Source: Patescibacteria group bacterium (GTDB taxonomy: Bacteria; Patescibacteriota; Patescibacteriia; Magasanikbacterales; GWA2-37-8). Taken from it: a DNA stretch of 64,000 bases. How positions within the stretch are numbered: the stretch's first letter is position 1; each line of letters opens with the position of its first letter. Shown in pieces: positions 59,996 through 64,000 of the stretch. The stretch lies in contig JAQWDH010000002.1 in assembly GCA_028705565.1 (NCBI GenBank), positions 40,262-104,261 of the forward strand. The letters run 5' to 3'. Made by a program: the position numbers and the translations under genes. Below the pieces are notes generated by a model, which did not search any database, was not told where the DNA came from, and worked only from the letters and a program-made list of their open reading frames with translations.

Positions 59996-61183
59996 TCATT
60001 CCGACCTGTCTATCGCCTGCCTGCCGGGTAACAAATTTTTACTGGATACTCCTTTTGTCAAAAATTTCTGATAGTTTTCTCTATCAATCACTTCGTAGCC
60101 CGCTTCCGTGTAAGTTTTCAGCCAATCGGCCGGCGGTTTGGTTTTTTTCGCCGACCACTTAAATTCATATCCGAAAAGTTTTCCATCTCTTTCTTCAACC
60201 AAATCAATTTCTTTTTGGTCATAAGTCCGCCAAAAATAAAAATTCGCGTGTGTCTGTTCATTGTTTGCTCTTTTCATCTTTTCCACAACAAGCCAATTTT
60301 CAAACAATTCTCCGTAATCGGAACGTAATCGTAATGGATTAAAATTTCGTATCAAAGCGTTTCTTAAACCGATATCCGCAAAATAATACTTGGATGTTTT
60401 GCTAATTTCTTTACGCAAATTTCTGCTAAACCCTCGCAAATTTACAACCACGAACATTTTTTCCAATACATCTAAATAATTTTCCACTGATTTTTGGGAA
60501 ATGGACAAATTTTGCGCCAATTCCGACACGGAAACTTCCTTGCCTATCTGTAAAGCCAATAGAGCCAAAAGGTCAACCGCCTTTTTCGGTTTTCTTACAT
60601 TTTCAAAGGTTAAAATATCCTTATATAAATAATTATTCAAAAGTTCATACAAATAATTCTGTTTTTCTTCTTCACTCGCGAGCGTATGAATTTTCGGATA
60701 CATGCCAAAACGCAACATTTCTTCCAGAGCCGACTCAGGCGACATCATCTGAAAATTTTTTTTCAATTCTTTATATGATAAAGGAAATAATTGAAATGTG
60801 CTTGTTCTGCCGGTAAGCGGTTCATTTATTCTGTTTGCTATATCAAATGAAGATGAACCGGAAACAAGTATGGTAATAGGGAGATTGTCAACTAATAATT
60901 TCAACGAAAGACCAATATTTGGTATTCTTTGCGCTTCGTCAATTATCAATAATTTTTCTTCGCCCACTGTTCTTTTCAAAATTTCCAATTCATTTTTACC
61001 GAATAATTCCTGCGTGTACAAATCATCTCCCGTATAATACGGCGGTTCGTTTTTAAAATTTGAAATAATTGCTTTTATCAATGTTGTTTTTCCAGCTTGT
61101 CGAGGACCGTAAAGAATCACAACTTTTTGTTTTTCTTTTAAAGAATTTTCCACTTTTTCTTTTATAGTTCTATCAAATAGCAT
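59996..61183 (-). CDS. AAA+ ATPase with DUF4143-type C-terminus
   Basis: GPRQAGKTT, IDEAQR, SGSSS, EPLTGR, YFAD.GLRN, FWRT...EIDL..E.K. Confidence 0.92.
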   Translation of the reverse strand: MLFDRTIKEKVENSLKEKQKVVILYGPRQAGKTTLIKAIISNFKNEPPYYTGDDLYTQELFGKNELEILKRTVGEEKLLIIDEAQRIPNIGLSLKLLVDNLPITILVSGSSSFDIANRINEPLTGRTSTFQLFPLSYKELKKNFQMMSPESALEEMLRFGMYPKIHTLASEEEKQNYLYELLNNYLYKDILTFENVRKPKKAVDLLALLALQIGKEVSVSELAQNLSISQKSVENYLDVLEKMFVVVNLRGFSRNLRKEISKTSKYYFADIGLRNALIRNFNPLRLRSDYGELFENWLVVEKMKRANNEQTHANFYFWRTYDQKEIDLVEERDGKLFGYEFKWSAKKTKPPADWLKTYTEAGYEVIDRENYQKFLTKGVSSKNLLPGRQAIDRSE

Positions 61184-61223
61184 AAATTGGTCAAATCATA
61201 GTTATATCTATTTAGCTAAATAG

Positions 61224-61253
61224 ATTATACCATAAATCTATACTTTATGTCAA
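61224..61253 (-). promoter_or_regulatory. ATPase promoter with overlapping 20-bp palindrome (61206-61225)
   Basis: TTGACA-18 bp-TATAAT; ATCTATTTAGCTAAATAGAT. Confidence 0.65.
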
Positions 61254-61258
61254 ATTAC

Positions 61259-63910
61259 TCAAAACGATCTCACTGCTCTGACATGTCCCCCCCCATAGCC
61301 TTTATCATCCGCATACTCCAAATCGCTATCAAAATACCTGTCCCATGATTGATACGCATTACTCTCTGACGAACTCCAATACCAACTGGTGAGGGAGAAA
61401 CCGCCAATAGCCACTCGGTTTAGATAAAGTTTGTTCAATTCATTTCTGCTTGGCAAATACCAATCGCTATAACCTCCCGATACCAGGTCATCGCATAACT
61501 TTGCGGCGCTGGTTGTATGACCAGCTTGACCCACGATAGCCGTTGTATTTGCCTGACCTGTTCCTATTGCGTCTGATGTTCCGGCTAACTGGTCTACTAC
61601 ATTGCTCCACGCCGTACCGACGCTTTGATCGCTCGCCATGGCTATTAAACCATGCTGTGTATTAGCGTCATAACCTGTGTCTCCTTCCGCTAAAATATAA
61701 GCCACTACGCCTCCTTGATAACTATCGCCAACAGCGACAGGAGTTGCCGATGCGGCACGAATTTTACCTCCGCCAAGCGCGTAAAGCTGTTTTATTTCGT
61801 TCAAAGACAAGGCGCGATTGTAAATGCGGATATCGTCTAAATTTCCTTTAAATTTATAACTGTCTGCATATCCACCAAACCTGCCAATCGCAACGCCATC
61901 AGTTGTCCCTCCGTTTGGGTTGGTTGTTATTGTGTCAGTTTTATCTAAAACGCCATCAATATAAATACTTTCTACCCAATTTCCAGAAGAACCGGAACGT
62001 GTTACGGCAAAATAATGCCAATAATTATCCGAAATAGAACGGTTGGAAATTATATTTGGACTATCAGCCGTATTCCAAAGACCTAATTTGTAATCGTTAT
62101 AACCAAAAACCAATGCATAATTTGCAACAACACCAGTAGAGTTTGTTATGATAGATTGAGATGAAGTATAATCTCCATTCAATTTAAACCAACCTGAAAG
62201 GGTCAAACTTCCTTGTTGGTTTAATGTTGTTTGAGTTCCAAGGTCTATATAATCATTACTCCCGTCAAACTTCCCCGCCTGACCGATTTTACCAGAAGAT
62301 ACAGCCACGCCGCCATTTCTTGTTCCATTATTTCCCTGTCCGCTTTTATCAAACACGGTCGTCGCGTTCACATCCTTGCCGTCAAATGTCCACCAACCCA
62401 CGAGACCGGATTTTAGATTATTATTTGTGGTTGGGGCGTTTTGAAGCGAGGATGCCTGTTTTGCTCCGCCAAGCGCGTAAAGCTGTTTGATTTCATTCAA
62501 AGACAAAGCGCGGTTGTAGATGCGGACATCGTCCAAACCTCCTTTCCACCAATCAACACCTAATGCGTCATTTCCAATATAAAAAGCACTGCTATTATCT
62601 GAAATTGCTGTATAACTTTGGCAAGTTCCCGCGGCAATGCCATTTCTGTATCCGCATGTTTGCGTTCCATCTGATACTAAAACTATATGCGTCCATTTGC
62701 CTCTATAATTTTCCATGTCCGTAAATATAATTTTCCCGCTTCCGCCGTCCAAAGCTATATATAAATTTCCAGCACCATATATTTCTATTTGATAACCCGG
62801 GTAAGGACTCCCACCCATTTTATGCATTATCGGCTGATAATTTGTGCCACCACTTTCTCTTTTTAACCAAAATGACCACGACATTTTCGCACCTGTGCCG
62901 GAGCCATCCAATGAGCCGTTTGTGGAAGCGTCTAAAATATAATTTCTGTCATTCACTCCATCAAACTTCCCCGCTTGACCGATTTTACCGGTTCCCATCG
63001 CCACTCCTCCATACCTTCCTACATTATTTCCCTGTCCGCTTTTATCAAACACGGTCGTCGCGTTCACATCCTTGCCGTCAAATGTCCACCAGCCGACGAG
63101 ACCGGATTTTATATTATTGTTTGGAGTTGGAGCATTTTGGAGCGAGGTCGCCTGTTTCGCTCCGCCAAGCGCGTAAAGCTGTTTTACCTCTGAAACGGAC
63201 AAAGAACGATTATACACACGAAAATCATCCAGAGAACCATTAAAAAAATTTGGTGTTGGTCCGCCTATTATTTCCGCGCCACTGGTCATGGCGGAAAACG
63301 AACAACTGCTGTCGCTGTCTTTTAAGACATTATCAACATACAAACGGTAACTACTGGCGTCCCAAGTAAAAACAATGTGTTTCCAAGCTTTTGGAAAAGT
63401 CCACGCAACTCCATTACTATATTCTCCGCTGTCTGGCATTCCTGTTGAACCTGCCCAATAAACATACATTGCTCCGCTGTTATGCACATATATTCTTGGT
63501 TTATTATCGCTAAACGAAATCAATGAACCATAATGAGAAATATTTGAATTTATCCAAAAACTTACTGTCCCACCAGTATTACTTACCACAGTGGAAAGGT
63601 CCGGGACTGACACCCGGCTACTTGACCCGTTTAACTTTCCGGCTTGCCCTATTTTACCGGCAATCGGTGTAATCGCAGTTTTGGTTCCATCTTTTCCGCC
63701 ACCGCTTTTATCAAACACGGTCGTCGCGTTCACATCCTTGCCGTCAAATGTCCACCAGCCGACGAGGCCTCTTGTTAAATTATTATTTGAGGTTGAAACA
63801 GCGGTGTTGGAAGAATTGATGATTGAAGATTGGACAGTAAAAAAAGGCCAGAGAAAGAGACCTGAAATTATAATGAAATATAAAAATTTTTTAGGGATTA
63901 TGTGGAGCAT
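61259..63910 (-). CDS. Surface protein with three LamG-like domains and a C-terminal DUF1566/C-type-lectin-like domain
   Basis: 3x GLVGWWTFD...LDD.R.YNR.LS..E.KQLY; DWYLPS..EL...YWSSSE...VRAVRSF. Confidence 0.9.
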   Translation of the reverse strand: MLHIIPKKFLYFIIISGLFLWPFFTVQSSIINSSNTAVSTSNNNLTRGLVGWWTFDGKDVNATTVFDKSGGGKDGTKTAITPIAGKIGQAGKLNGSSSRVSVPDLSTVVSNTGGTVSFWINSNISHYGSLISFSDNKPRIYVHNSGAMYVYWAGSTGMPDSGEYSNGVAWTFPKAWKHIVFTWDASSYRLYVDNVLKDSDSSCSFSAMTSGAEIIGGPTPNFFNGSLDDFRVYNRSLSVSEVKQLYALGGAKQATSLQNAPTPNNNIKSGLVGWWTFDGKDVNATTVFDKSGQGNNVGRYGGVAMGTGKIGQAGKFDGVNDRNYILDASTNGSLDGSGTGAKMSWSFWLKRESGGTNYQPIMHKMGGSPYPGYQIEIYGAGNLYIALDGGSGKIIFTDMENYRGKWTHIVLVSDGTQTCGYRNGIAAGTCQSYTAISDNSSAFYIGNDALGVDWWKGGLDDVRIYNRALSLNEIKQLYALGGAKQASSLQNAPTTNNNLKSGLVGWWTFDGKDVNATTVFDKSGQGNNGTRNGGVAVSSGKIGQAGKFDGSNDYIDLGTQTTLNQQGSLTLSGWFKLNGDYTSSQSIITNSTGVVANYALVFGYNDYKLGLWNTADSPNIISNRSISDNYWHYFAVTRSGSSGNWVESIYIDGVLDKTDTITTNPNGGTTDGVAIGRFGGYADSYKFKGNLDDIRIYNRALSLNEIKQLYALGGGKIRAASATPVAVGDSYQGGVVAYILAEGDTGYDANTQHGLIAMASDQSVGTAWSNVVDQLAGTSDAIGTGQANTTAIVGQAGHTTSAAKLCDDLVSGGYSDWYLPSRNELNKLYLNRVAIGGFSLTSWYWSSSESNAYQSWDRYFDSDLEYADDKGYGGGHVRAVRSF

Positions 63911-64000
63911 GTGGTATGGGGAGAAATTTTTAATTTTTAATTTTATAAATAAATCTTTCCGCCAGCAAAGACGAGTAAAAAATTCAAATTTTTAAATTAT

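Noticed and set aside
1-64000. Genetic code 25 (TGA read as Gly)
   Set aside because: TGA ends several full-length genes (rlmH, ileS, rpoB), and long conserved ORFs are intact under code 11

Overview
Core-genome segment of a low-GC bacterium using genetic code 11. Gene content, SD-less AT-rich start contexts and lineage-typical orphans suggest Patescibacteria/CPR (inference). It holds the str and S10 ribosomal clusters (rpsL to partial rpsQ), rplA, rpoBC, a dTTP-supply cluster, tRNA-modification and aminoacylation genes, ruvA/ruvC/uvrD, pentose genes and large surface proteins. Most notable: (1) an integrase-less, integron-like cassette array at about 11.2-16.6 kb with 3-5 attC-like sites, one interrupted by a 165-bp MITE with a 5-bp target duplication; (2) a tRNA operon Ala-Phe-ORF-Pro in which tRNA-Phe(GAA) carries a 242-nt group I intron and a free-standing HTH/LAGLIDADG-like ORF has its stop codon inside tRNA-Pro; (3) an unannotated ~165-nt long-hairpin RNA candidate (6S-like) divergent from rpoB; (4) long structured leaders for rplC and rpoB; (5) REP-like palindromes and heptamer repeats inserted in frame in tgt and ileS; (6) a LamG x3 adhesin with DNA-identical module borders and a possible DGR-type lectin C-terminus. 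All calls come from reading the sequence by eye; no searches or folding programs were run.
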